Assembly: GCA_964619725.1 (NCBI GenBank) | Contig: CAZUFC010000080.1 | Location: 1 to 40,120, forward strand | DNA: 40,120 nucleotides | Direction: 5' to 3' | DNA from: an uncultured bacterium | GTDB lineage: Bacteria; CSSED10-310; CAZUFC01 | In this document: one piece after another, positions 10,260 to 19,475 of the stretch | Layout: every line of letters begins with the position of its first letter | Numbering within the stretch: position 1 is the first letter of the stretch | Made by a program: the position numbers and the translations under genes | The notes under the pieces: generated by a model | The model's input: only the letters and a program-made list of their open reading frames with translations | Told to the model about the DNA's origin: nothing | The model's database searches: none

Positions 10260-10679
10260 TCAGTTCCCGTTGAGATTAAGCAATATTTCGTCGGAAACGC
10301 CTCCAAATGCATCTTCAATCGCCCTGATGAATATCTCGACCTTGACGTCCTTTTTGCCCAGATTCAATTGAAAACGGCCTTTCTGCCAGTCCCACCTTCG
10401 TTTTTTCTCCAGCCCTGAAGCGTATCGCATTTGACTGAAAATAGGAGCCGCCAGCTCTATGGGCAAAGCCAGTTCCTTTTTCAGACGATTCTCGGCAAAA
10501 TACCGGATTTGAAGCATCCTGGGACGGGGTACAAGCAATATTTCGACGCATTTGTTTTTTACCGCTTTGACGATTATGCCTCTCATCAATTTGGCCAGGG
10601 GATTCTGAGGATCGCCGTCAGTGGGAAGCCCTTCTTTGGCATGGGCCAAAGCCTCCCGGACTATCTCGGCCCAGGTCAT
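10260..10679 (-). CDS. Stand-alone protein resembling the N2D domain of PilB/GspE secretion ATPases, with no ATPase domain
   Basis: PLAKLMRGIIVKAVKNKCVEILLVP...QIRY...LAAPIFSQMRYASGL...QKGRF aligns by eye with the PilB/GspE consensus PVVKLVN.IL..A....ASDIHIEP..RVRY..LAAAIISRIK.MA.LDI...QDGR. GAAGGAGA RBS upstream. Confidence 0.65.
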   Translation of the reverse strand: MTWAEIVREALAHAKEGLPTDGDPQNPLAKLMRGIIVKAVKNKCVEILLVPRPRMLQIRYFAENRLKKELALPIELAAPIFSQMRYASGLEKKRRWDWQKGRFQLNLGKKDVKVEIFIRAIEDAFGGVSDEILLNLNGN

Positions 10680-11158
10680 CTTTTAAACTCTCCTTCTTGA
10701 TGAAAGCATCAGGCGCTCTCGCTCTCTTCAGGCTGCCGCCCGATGATCACTTTTTGTATTGCAAGGAATAGCAAATGACACTCGTACATACCTTTACAGT
10801 CAACTTAATACCATCCTTACTCGCCTTATCCGATACCCAAATTTCATAACCTGCGTAAATCCTGCACGATGGATTCTGCTGAATAAAACTTCTATGGCAT
10901 CATCCAACGAACGAGGAATCGACTCATTCCTCCTCTATATAATGCAATTAAAAAACGTCAATAGTCAAGAGATTGACTCCTTTTTGGCGCCTGACCACTC
11001 AATTGAAGGAGTTTGCATGGCATTAGAATTTGATACGGGGTTCGAGTTTATGGACATGCGCTTTCCACAAAAATATCTGCCTGAAGTCGATTTCACTTTT
11101 CGACTTTTAACTCTTTCAAGATGCCGCTATAATATATTTGAGAAACGAAGGAGGAATG

Positions 11159-11644
11159 ATGAGCACGGAATGCGAACAGGGAGTCGTTACGGCAACGAGA
11201 GAAGGTTATGCGACAATTCGATCCACGAGAGGAGAGATGTGTTCGCATTGCTCGACCCGCGACGTCTGTGCCGCACTGGAGAGCGAATCGAAGTCCGTTG
11301 AAATAGAGGTGATTGATCCTGTCGGAGCAGATGTGGGAGACCATGTTCAGTTAGCGATGGACAGGGGGACCATAATGACGGCATCATTTCTTATTTACAT
11401 GATTCCTGTTTTCGCTGTTCTGCTGGGCGCTCTGTCAGGGCCTTACATTGCCGAAATTCTCAAAATGGACAGTAATCTTGTTTCCATTATTTCAGCGCTT
11501 GCGTTTTTTATCGCCTCTTTGTCGATAACTGTTCCGCTTTGCAATTCGCTTTCCCATAAAAGCAAATACGTTCCCAAAATAACGAGAATCGTTTACCGGG
11601 AAGGGAAGCCGACAGAGACTGAAAAGGATGAAAGAAGCGATTGA
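11159..11644 (+). CDS. RseC/MucC-family membrane protein
   Basis: EQGVV...CSHCSTRDVC...GADVGDHV...ASFLIYMIP with two TM helices and a PKITRI end. AGGAGG RBS at 11149-11154; TATAAT at 11128-11133. Confidence 0.85.
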   Translation: MSTECEQGVVTATREGYATIRSTRGEMCSHCSTRDVCAALESESKSVEIEVIDPVGADVGDHVQLAMDRGTIMTASFLIYMIPVFAVLLGALSGPYIAEILKMDSNLVSIISALAFFIASLSITVPLCNSLSHKSKYVPKITRIVYREGKPTETEKDERSD

Positions 11645-11667
11645 AGGCGATGGCGATATAAACCTAT

Positions 11668-11815
11668 GGCCTTGATCAAAAAAGCGTCGTTTGAGGTTAT
11701 ACCACAGAACCACCCATCATTTTGTTTCAATTTCGAGAGCGATAGCGACTCCAATTACTGAAATAAAATGTCGAAAGTTTTGAAAAAAGTTTAACCCTGT
11801 TTGATCAGTCCCAAA
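11668..11815 (-). repeat. Dispersed repeat family R1, copy B (inverted relative to A)
   Basis: Reverse complement reads TTTGGGACTGATCAAACAGGGTTAAACTTTTTTCAAAACTTTCGAC...CAGTAAT, about 5 hexamers, then ACAAAATGATGGG...TAACCTCAAA...TTTGATCAAGGCC, collinear with copy A. Confidence 0.82.
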
Positions 11816-11861
11816 CATATTCATATCATCGCCTTTGCGGTCGCAAGAAAACAGAAACGTA

Positions 11862-12407
11862 TTAATCAGCTTCCAGGCAGGCGCCTTTTACCCACAGCAT
11901 AACGCTGGGAGCAGGACATTCGCATTCTTCGCTGTGGTCAGTTTCTTCCTTTGCTTCAGGGGGGTCCTTTTCTCCTGCTTCTTTTTCTTTTTCAACTTCC
12001 TGCTTTTCTGATTTAGGCCCTTCTTCGCTTTCCTGCTCGACAACAAGTATTCTACCCTGTATCCATGCATGACGGCCGATGCAGTCTTTGGGAAAAGAAA
12101 CAGAATGATCGATGGACCGGCATATAAAGACGTTATCTTCATCCACTTTAAGGGACACCCAGCATCCTGAACGGGGACATGTGCCGGTTATTTCTCCTTC
12201 CACCAACACTGTTTTATCCTCGAATTCTTTTGGGTTCATGGTTATCTCTTTCAGGGGAGTCGATTGCTCCAACGTAATTTCTTTTCCGAAGCATTCCTTA
12301 TCGGCGTCGGACTTTTCAATTGAATTTGCGGCTTCTTCTTCGGCAGACAGAATTCCCAAATTTGAAGCAAGCAAAAGAATCATGAGAATCAAACAACACT
12401 TTTTCAT
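11862..12407 (-). CDS. Secreted DUF4920-like (OB-fold) protein
   Basis: Signal peptide; FGKEIT...VLVEGEITGTCPRSGCWV...FPKDCIGR; GGAGG RBS. Confidence 0.7.
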   Translation of the reverse strand: MKKCCLILMILLLASNLGILSAEEEAANSIEKSDADKECFGKEITLEQSTPLKEITMNPKEFEDKTVLVEGEITGTCPRSGCWVSLKVDEDNVFICRSIDHSVSFPKDCIGRHAWIQGRILVVEQESEEGPKSEKQEVEKEKEAGEKDPPEAKEETDHSEECECPAPSVMLWVKGACLEAD

Positions 12408-12722
12408 TATTCATCCTCCATTCAGATTTCTCCATTAAAAGAAAAAAATCACGTTCATTTTAAAGCAAAGAATGAAAAAAACAAGCCAATAATGCTTTTC
12501 GTTCGGCTGAAATCGACCGTCACACCTGACAGAAAACAAACTCATTTCAGCTTGAAAATCCGCTTTTGTTTGATTAAATTCTAACAGGCGAACGAATCAC
12601 GTTTTCAAAACTGATTTTATTCTCCGTTATTATCATTCATTCGCTTAGAAAAGAAGATTATGGAAGACTCACATGCAGAAACCGGTTTTTTCCAGTAAAT
12701 TCAGCGGTGCAGGAGGAGCTAG

Positions 12723-13010
12723 ATGAAACTTTTGCTTTTAAATCCAGATGCCGACATTAAAGAAAAAGTATCGGCGCTTTTCAACGGAACTCACGTTCAG
12801 GTCGTCTGGGCCGATACGCCCCAAAATGCCGACATTACCTTTAATTGCGGCCGCGAGTCATTTGTCGGCGCCATCGCGGCGGGCGGCAAGTTACCCTGCG
12901 CGAAAATATTCGACATTGCGGATACTCTTCAGATATCCAAGAAAAAGGCAGGACAACTGATGAATACACTGAAGATCAAAATCGTATCCTGTCAGCTCGG
13001 CTGCTTCTAA
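12723..13010 (+). CDS. Small conserved hypothetical protein with C-terminal CQLGCF motif
   Basis: AGGAGGAG RBS; GKLPCAK.FDIA..L.IS....G...N.LKIKI..CQLGCF pattern typical of small Cys-containing proteins of anaerobes. Confidence 0.75.
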   Translation: MKLLLLNPDADIKEKVSALFNGTHVQVVWADTPQNADITFNCGRESFVGAIAAGGKLPCAKIFDIADTLQISKKKAGQLMNTLKIKIVSCQLGCF

Positions 13011-13013
13011 TCA

Positions 13014-13065
13014 GCGTTTGTCCAGCATTAAAATTTGAATCGGGATTGAGTTTACAGACAGGCGC
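13014..13065. repeat. REP/MITE-like element family R2, copy 2; possible bidirectional 3' stem
   Basis: GCGTTTGTCCAGCATTAAAATTTGAATCGGGATTGAGTTTACAGACAGGCGC matches 13-92 with a single internal unit. It fills the gap between convergent stops at 13010 and 13069. Confidence 0.75.
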
Positions 13066-13068
13066 CCA

Positions 13069-14610
13069 TTAGTTTGCGGACAGACGCTCATTAGTTTTTA
13101 TGCCGTACTTTTCGATCTTATTATATAAGGTTCTTCTGGTAATGCTCAGTATCTCCGCGGCTCTGGAAATGTTTCCTTCGGTCAGAGTAAGCATATTTTC
13201 GATGGTGGTTCTTTCCAGATTATTTTTCATTTCGTAAAAGTCGATTGTCGCCGGCATGCGAACATATGCAGACTTTGTTGATTCAAGCAACTGCAAGTCA
13301 TGATCATGAATCACATTGCCTTCTGAAAGAACGACGGCTCTCTGAATCGACTGCATCAGTTCCCTGATATTGCCGGGCCATTGATGATTTTTAATAGATT
13401 CCCGGGCTTTTTCAGAAAACCTTTTAAGCGGCAGATCGAATCGATTGCAATATTCGACAAGGAAATGACCGGCCAGCAGGAAAACGTCGTCTCCTCTTTC
13501 TCTCAGGGGCGGCAAATCCAGCGTAACGGTGTTGATACGGTAAAAAAGGTCTTTCCGAAAAGCGCGTTTTTCAATTTCCCTTTGAATGTTTTTGTTGGTT
13601 GCTGCAACGATTTTCACGTCCAGGCTGATAAACTGTGATGCGCCGACGCGCCTGATTCTTTTGGATTGAAGAAAATGCAGAAGTTTTCCCTGAACTTCCA
13701 GAGACATATCCGCTATTTCATCCAGAAAAAGAGTGCCGCCGTCAGCGGCTTCAAGTTTCCCTTTTCTTGCCGTCACCCCGGTGGCTATCGCTTTTTCAAT
13801 GCCGAACAATTCCGCCTCGACGATTTCGGACGGCAGGGCCGCGCAGTTTAATTTTATGAATGGTTTATCGTTCCGCGGACTGTTGTAATGAAGCGTTTTA
13901 GCGATCAGTTCCTTTCCGGTTCCCGTTTCTCCGGTGATCAGAACTTCAACATCGACCTCTTTAAATTTCTCCAGTTTCTCATATATGGATTTAATCTGAG
14001 AACACTCCCCGATGATGCCCTGAAAATGAAATCTCGCTCTCTCTCTGTGCAGCACGGCATCCTTTTCCTGCTCTATTTTTTTCATATAGAGGATATTTTC
14101 AAGAGCGGCCGCTGCATGGCCGGCCATAAGGTTCAACAACGCCTGGTCTTCATCGCCGAAATCCTTAACGGCTGTAGGACCGTCTACGTAAAGAACTCCG
14201 TGAATTATTGTATCTCGATCAGCAGCTTCTTCTGAAGCCAGACTTTTCATGAGGGGGGCGCACATCACGGTTTTCAGGTTCAATTCTTCAATGCTGCCGG
14301 AGATGTCCGCGGGTTCATCTTTGTCGTCTATAATGATTTTGATTGAATTACGATTATTAATGGCGTCGAAAATGACAGACCTTGAGAATCGTAGGCCGGA
14401 TGTATTTATTTCCTTAGATTTCGAGGATGTCATCTCCAGATTGCTGTCGGCATCAAGGAGAAACAGTATCGCTTTTTCTGCGCCGGTTAATTCAAGAGCC
14501 TTACCGGTCAGATAGTCGTATAACTCCTGTTCGCTGCGTACGGAGTTCAGATATTGAATAATACGCAGCAGGGTTTTCATTCTTTTTTTTGACGATATCG
14601 GTTCAGTCAT
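13069..14610 (-). CDS. GAF + sigma54-interaction AAA+ + Fis-HTH transcriptional regulator
   Basis: GAF (FSRSVI...VMCAPL...GVLYVD), GETGTGKE, LFLDEI, WPGNIREL, GNISRAAEILSITRRTLY. L1 loop reads AIATGV. Confidence 0.92.
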   Translation of the reverse strand: MTEPISSKKRMKTLLRIIQYLNSVRSEQELYDYLTGKALELTGAEKAILFLLDADSNLEMTSSKSKEINTSGLRFSRSVIFDAINNRNSIKIIIDDKDEPADISGSIEELNLKTVMCAPLMKSLASEEAADRDTIIHGVLYVDGPTAVKDFGDEDQALLNLMAGHAAAALENILYMKKIEQEKDAVLHRERARFHFQGIIGECSQIKSIYEKLEKFKEVDVEVLITGETGTGKELIAKTLHYNSPRNDKPFIKLNCAALPSEIVEAELFGIEKAIATGVTARKGKLEAADGGTLFLDEIADMSLEVQGKLLHFLQSKRIRRVGASQFISLDVKIVAATNKNIQREIEKRAFRKDLFYRINTVTLDLPPLRERGDDVFLLAGHFLVEYCNRFDLPLKRFSEKARESIKNHQWPGNIRELMQSIQRAVVLSEGNVIHDHDLQLLESTKSAYVRMPATIDFYEMKNNLERTTIENMLTLTEGNISRAAEILSITRRTLYNKIEKYGIKTNERLSAN

Positions 14611-17600
14611 GTTTCTCCGTGATTCCGGCGTTTAAAGTCAATGGGCGACAGTCCATGTTTTTTGATCAGTCTGTGCATGGCCATCCTTGATACATTCAAT
14701 GAAGCGGCAGCTTTAGCGACGTGTCCGTGGGAGCGCTTTAAAGCTTCAGCAGCCGTCGATTTTTCAAAATCATCCACAACGGATTGCAATGTTTCTCCTT
14801 CGGCTCCGGCAGCGCTTTCTCTTTCAGGAATGCTCAACATAGGTTCATCGGTTTCGGCGAGAAGTATGCCCTTGCGAACGACGCTTTCCAGCTCCCGGAC
14901 ATTGCCGGGCCATTCATACGAGAAAAGTTTCTTGATCGATTCTCTGCTCAACCGTGTGACTTGCTTTTTAAATTCACGATTATACCTGTCCATAAAAAAT
15001 CGCGTTAGAGGTAAAATATCCTCTCGACGTTCTCGGAGCGGAGGAAGGACGATTTTTACGCCGTTAAGCCGATAATAGAGGTCTTCGCGGATTCTTTTCT
15101 CAGCGACGGCTTTTTCGAGGGGATAGCTGGAAGAGGATACGACTCTGACATCCACGCTTATGGACTTCTTTCCGCCGACTCTGGTAAAATCGAATTCCTG
15201 GAGGAAACGAAGGAGTTTGGCCTGCACGGATGACGGGATTTCAATAACTTCGTCCAGATAAAGCGTCCCACCGTCAGCCGTTTCAATCAGTCCTTTGCGT
15301 TCAGCGACTCCCGTTGCTACGCCCTTTTCAATTCCGAACAGTTCGCTTTCGATCAAGGATGCTGGAATAGCCGAGCAATTGAGATACACGAACTCTTTTT
15401 GATTTCTGCTGCTGTATTTGTGGATCACCTCTGCCGTCAGGTCCTTTCCCGTGCCGGTTTCCCCTTCTATCAAAACAGGAATATCAATATCGATGATCCT
15501 CTCCATGATATGGAAAATCTCCTTCATGCGGCTTGTTTCGCCCACCATCTCATCCCAGGCTTTATCCGTCTGACGTTTAATGACTCGAGTTTCTTCCTGG
15601 ATTTTTTCCTGAAACCGCAAATTCATTAAAATAACGGCGCAATGGTCCGCTATGGCCTGTAAAAATTCCATTTCAGCAGAAGTCCATCCCTGCTCAGCAT
15701 AGCGGCTGTCTGCATAAATGATCGCCGCTGTTTCGCCGGTGCGCTCCATTCCTGTTGCATCCTTCTCATGAGCAAGTATCACCGGCATACAAAAAATGCT
15801 CCTCAACCTCATCTCTTGAATGCTTTCCGTTATCCTGAACTGATCTTCAGAAACCAAATCCGTTGAAACGATCGGCTCACCGCTTTTAAATACTTCATCA
15901 ACCACACTCCGGCTGAAATACCTCTCGGAAAGAGGATCATTCATTCCGGGTTTACGTTTGAAACCGATGCGTCGGGGCAGACCGCCGGACGTCATCAAAA
16001 AAGCGAAACATCTTTCGGCTTTTGATAAAGAAATAACCAGATCGCATACTTCATTGAATAATTGTTCTTCAGTGCGCGCCGCCGTCAACCGTCCTATGGA
16101 TTTAGCCAAAAAAAGCCAATCAGGGTCGTGCCCGCGGTCCTTAAATTCAGCGCTTTCACTGATCTTTTCGATATTCTTCCGGCTTGAACCTGCTGCGACC
16201 CTTTCTTCATAACCATACGACGAAAAACTATTTTCTGAAGAGCTATCAGCGCTTTCCGCCCGCTCGTCCCCGGACGAAATATGGCTGATCCTTCTGGAAT
16301 CGAAAAAAATATTCCTTTCCTTTTGGGGCAGTTCATTCCCGATTCGCTCGAAAATTTCGATTGCCTTTTGCCGTTCCCTGTTCGCATCGAGTCCCCTGTC
16401 CAGATCGCTGAATATTTTTGATTTCATATCGTGAATAAACGCAAAAAATTCGGGGCTTTCAAAATGCTGCATCTGAGTTTGTATTTTTTCGATTTTTTTC
16501 AGGTATCTTCTTCGTTCGTTTTTATCGTACGTCTTATCAGTTTGATAAGCCTCCATTAGACTTAGAAAATCAATAAAGGGCTTCCAGTTCAGAAAGAGGC
16601 GATAAACGGCAGGATTCGTTTCGGAGGAAGAAACCTTTTTGTCAATACCGTATCCGTTCCCGCAGGCAGCCGTAATTATTTTAAAATACAAGTTTCTATA
16701 AGCATCCTGGTTCAACCTGGATACTGCGTAATCAAGAAAATACCTGGTTTCGTCAACGGTCTCTCCTTCGTTAGAATCGCTCAGAATGGCGATAACGAAC
16801 TTCAATAAAGCCAGTCGAAATTCCCGACCCGGCGTATTTACGGTCTGGAGATGCAGATGAGCTTCATCAGTCAATTTACGAGCGTTTTCTGCATCTCCCA
16901 GCCATAAACGGTATATGGACAAAGCCGTCAAAGCACGGAATAATTTTAACGGAGATTGTTCCTCCCTTGCCTCCTGCAGATGTCTCTCTATCGTCTCCGA
17001 TGACGTCGCCGGCTTTCCTATCAGGATATTCAACAAAGCGGAATACAATGACAGGCGGTCGGCATGGTCCCAGGCCGATAAGTTCTCCGCCTGGCTTCTG
17101 CAGCTTTTCAGCATTTGCGATGATTTCTCCAAACTGCCCTGCAGAAAATAGAACCTTGCCAGGGTTTCATCCGTAAGCCACAAGTCGCCTGATTTTCCTA
17201 TTTCCTGATTAATCCGCAACAGCTTGAGAAATCGGTCGGTTAAAGATTCAGTAAAGCCGGAACGCATCCCTGCCGTGAGCAGGTTGTTCAATATTAATGC
17301 CTGCTTTCGTCTATCCCCTAAACGCTCAGCATACTCCTCCGCCTGCTTCCACAACGACACAGCCTTGTCCGTCCCTCCTTTTTCATATTCCAAAAAAGCC
17401 AGCAAATGAAGCCTTTCAACCTCGGATAACCCCGAAGCCGGCCGCTCCAGCTTTTTCTTTAAATCACTCCGTTCTCCCCTGAGCAATTTATAAGAAGCCA
17501 ATGCAGTCAGATATCCGACGCTTTCACGATATATCGGATTCTCATTTATCCCGGACAGCGCTTTTTCCGCAGACGCCAGATCGTCCTCGCTTAAAGAATC

Positions 17601-17651
17601 CCGCAAGCGCCTCAAATTCCGGTCGATTTCATCTGAGTAATCAGCTTTCAT
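14607..17651 (-). CDS. TPR-like + GAF + sigma54-interaction AAA+ + HTH regulator
   Basis: Helical repeat N-terminus, GAF (FSRSVV...IFCMPV...IIYADSR), GETGTGKD, LYLDEV, WPGNVREL and C-terminal HTH. L1 loop reads GVATGV. ATGA overlap with the next gene. Confidence 0.9.
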   Translation of the reverse strand: MKADYSDEIDRNLRRLRDSLSEDDLASAEKALSGINENPIYRESVGYLTALASYKLLRGERSDLKKKLERPASGLSEVERLHLLAFLEYEKGGTDKAVSLWKQAEEYAERLGDRRKQALILNNLLTAGMRSGFTESLTDRFLKLLRINQEIGKSGDLWLTDETLARFYFLQGSLEKSSQMLKSCRSQAENLSAWDHADRLSLYSALLNILIGKPATSSETIERHLQEAREEQSPLKLFRALTALSIYRLWLGDAENARKLTDEAHLHLQTVNTPGREFRLALLKFVIAILSDSNEGETVDETRYFLDYAVSRLNQDAYRNLYFKIITAACGNGYGIDKKVSSSETNPAVYRLFLNWKPFIDFLSLMEAYQTDKTYDKNERRRYLKKIEKIQTQMQHFESPEFFAFIHDMKSKIFSDLDRGLDANRERQKAIEIFERIGNELPQKERNIFFDSRRISHISSGDERAESADSSSENSFSSYGYEERVAAGSSRKNIEKISESAEFKDRGHDPDWLFLAKSIGRLTAARTEEQLFNEVCDLVISLSKAERCFAFLMTSGGLPRRIGFKRKPGMNDPLSERYFSRSVVDEVFKSGEPIVSTDLVSEDQFRITESIQEMRLRSIFCMPVILAHEKDATGMERTGETAAIIYADSRYAEQGWTSAEMEFLQAIADHCAVILMNLRFQEKIQEETRVIKRQTDKAWDEMVGETSRMKEIFHIMERIIDIDIPVLIEGETGTGKDLTAEVIHKYSSRNQKEFVYLNCSAIPASLIESELFGIEKGVATGVAERKGLIETADGGTLYLDEVIEIPSSVQAKLLRFLQEFDFTRVGGKKSISVDVRVVSSSSYPLEKAVAEKRIREDLYYRLNGVKIVLPPLRERREDILPLTRFFMDRYNREFKKQVTRLSRESIKKLFSYEWPGNVRELESVVRKGILLAETDEPMLSIPERESAAGAEGETLQSVVDDFEKSTAAEALKRSHGHVAKAAASLNVSRMAMHRLIKKHGLSPIDFKRRNHGET

Positions 17652-17759
17652 AAGCTTCCCCTACCCAATTAAAGATTATATTTGTCGATTGTAAATGTCC
17701 AGAAGATGCGGCAATGAACAGTAAACAAGGCACTGAGTATGATCACAGCAGTTGAAAAG

Positions 17760-17867
17760 GCGGAAGAAGCGGACAAAGCGGACTGGGCTGACAGAATGAA
17801 TAAAAAACACATCTATTCAACCATCCAATCGTCCATCCTTCCATCCCTTCCAATCTTCCACTCTTCC
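17760..17867. repeat. Degenerate short tandem repeats (4x 9-mer GCGGACAAA-like; about 7x 8-mer CTTCCANN-like)
   Basis: gcggaagaa gcggacaaa gcggactgg gctgacaga (17760-17795); catccaat cgtccatc cttccatc c cttccaat cttccact cttcc (about 17814-17867). Confidence 0.65.
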
Positions 17868-17998
17868 GGCCGGCGGGAAGCTGTTCTTTTTTTACTTGAA
17901 GTTGCGGCGCTTTTTTGATATTCACAACTAGTTTTCTCGTTTTTCTGTCGACGAAAAATCGTTTGACTGCCGAACAAAATATCATTAAGGAGGAGCAA

Positions 17999-19381
17999 AT
18001 GTCGGACATCATCAGAGAAGTAAACCAGGATTTCCGGGAAACGCTGACCAGAATCGACACTCCGGAACATCCTGCGATTGAGATCGTAAAAGAGGTGAAC
18101 AATGAATTTCATAAGCGTGGAGCGGTGATCAACACGCCTGAAGGCAACAAGCCGTTTCCGATATTCATCAAGCCTTATTTCATAACCAGGCAGCGCATGG
18201 AATATGTTCGCCGCGTTTCGAACGTCATTATGGACGTGTTGGAAAAGGTGAGTAATCTTTATTTCGTGGACGACAAGTATAAACCCATGTTCAATCTTAC
18301 GGATAAAGAAACGGAGCTGGTAAAAGTTGAGCCGGGAACGAAAAGAAACGTCTGGATCACTCGCAATGATGCATTCATGACGGAGGATTGGCTTAAATTC
18401 ATCGAATTTAATACGGACTCGCCCGGCGGACCGATGTATTCCGACGTTCAGACCATGCTGATAGAGCAGACTACTGTCATGGATGAATTGCGAAAAAAAT
18501 ATTATTTTTCATCCGATCGTTTTGTGCCTGTGATTTTATACAACCTGCTCCAGGCTTATCGCGAATGGGGCGGCAAGAAGGAGCATCCCAATATCGCCAT
18601 CGTATCGGACAAAGGCGTAACATATCCTGAATTTCTGATGATCGTTGAAGACTTCAGAAGAAAGGGCTATAACTGCGAATTTTCAACCCCCGAAGAGATC
18701 GAATACGACGGAAAGAAGGCTTATGCCAACAAGATGCCTATTGACGTATTTTACAGACGGGGTTGGATAAGAAACTGGACGGACGTTTACGATGAGATCA
18801 AACCGTTGCGCAGGGCTTATGCGGACGGAGCGATCTGCGTTGTGAATTCCATCAGGTCCATACTGGCGGCGATCAAGAGCCTTATCGAAGTGATACAGGA
18901 CCCGGAGATAATGAAGATGTATACGGAAGAGGAAAAAGATACGATAAGGAAGCACGTGCCGTGGACGAAACTGATGGTTGAAAAGAAAACTTATGATCCG
19001 GAAGGCAATACGGTCGATCTGTATGATTATGTAAGAAAGAACCGTGAAACGCTGGTATTGAAACCCATGGACCTTTACGGCGGAAAAATGGTGTGCGTCG
19101 GACCTGCGGTCGACCAGGCCGAATGGGAAAAAACCATCGAAAACACCACGGGCGATCAAAAATTCGTGGTTCAGGAATATGTACCGATTCCCGAAGATGA
19201 GCTTCCCGTCATCGGTCAGGAAGGCGTGGAATGGCAGGCAAAGAAAATGAACCAGAATTTCTACGCATTCGGCGGCCATCATGCCGGCGGAATGATAAGA
19301 ACGTCTGAAGCCGCAGTGATAAACATCTCAGCCGGCGGAGGCCTGACGCCCATCGTTATCGTAGAAGGCAGAAAAAGCTGA
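17999..19381 (+). CDS. Circularly permuted ATP-grasp ligase (glutathionylspermidine synthase / CP_ATPgrasp-like)
   Basis: RNDAF...KFIEFNTDSPGG, DVFYRR, VPWT, LVLKPMDLYGGK, VVQEYV, INISAGGG. AAGGAGGA RBS before ATG 17999. Confidence 0.8.
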   Translation: MSDIIREVNQDFRETLTRIDTPEHPAIEIVKEVNNEFHKRGAVINTPEGNKPFPIFIKPYFITRQRMEYVRRVSNVIMDVLEKVSNLYFVDDKYKPMFNLTDKETELVKVEPGTKRNVWITRNDAFMTEDWLKFIEFNTDSPGGPMYSDVQTMLIEQTTVMDELRKKYYFSSDRFVPVILYNLLQAYREWGGKKEHPNIAIVSDKGVTYPEFLMIVEDFRRKGYNCEFSTPEEIEYDGKKAYANKMPIDVFYRRGWIRNWTDVYDEIKPLRRAYADGAICVVNSIRSILAAIKSLIEVIQDPEIMKMYTEEEKDTIRKHVPWTKLMVEKKTYDPEGNTVDLYDYVRKNRETLVLKPMDLYGGKMVCVGPAVDQAEWEKTIENTTGDQKFVVQEYVPIPEDELPVIGQEGVEWQAKKMNQNFYAFGGHHAGGMIRTSEAAVINISAGGGLTPIVIVEGRKS

Positions 19382-19475
19382 AGATCAAGGACCGTCGATT
19401 ATCGAACGACGTTCCCTGATATAAGCGTCTAAAAGCGCTAAACGGCTCCCCGATACGCTGATTCCTATGCCGGCG

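Noticed and set aside
10759-11301. 180-aa ORF
   Set aside because: TTG start without RBS, no recognisable motifs, and overlap with the RseC-like gene in another frame.
17652-17998. Sigma54 -24/-12 promoter near the activators
   Set aside because: No TGGCAC-N5-TTGC-like match found by eye on either strand.
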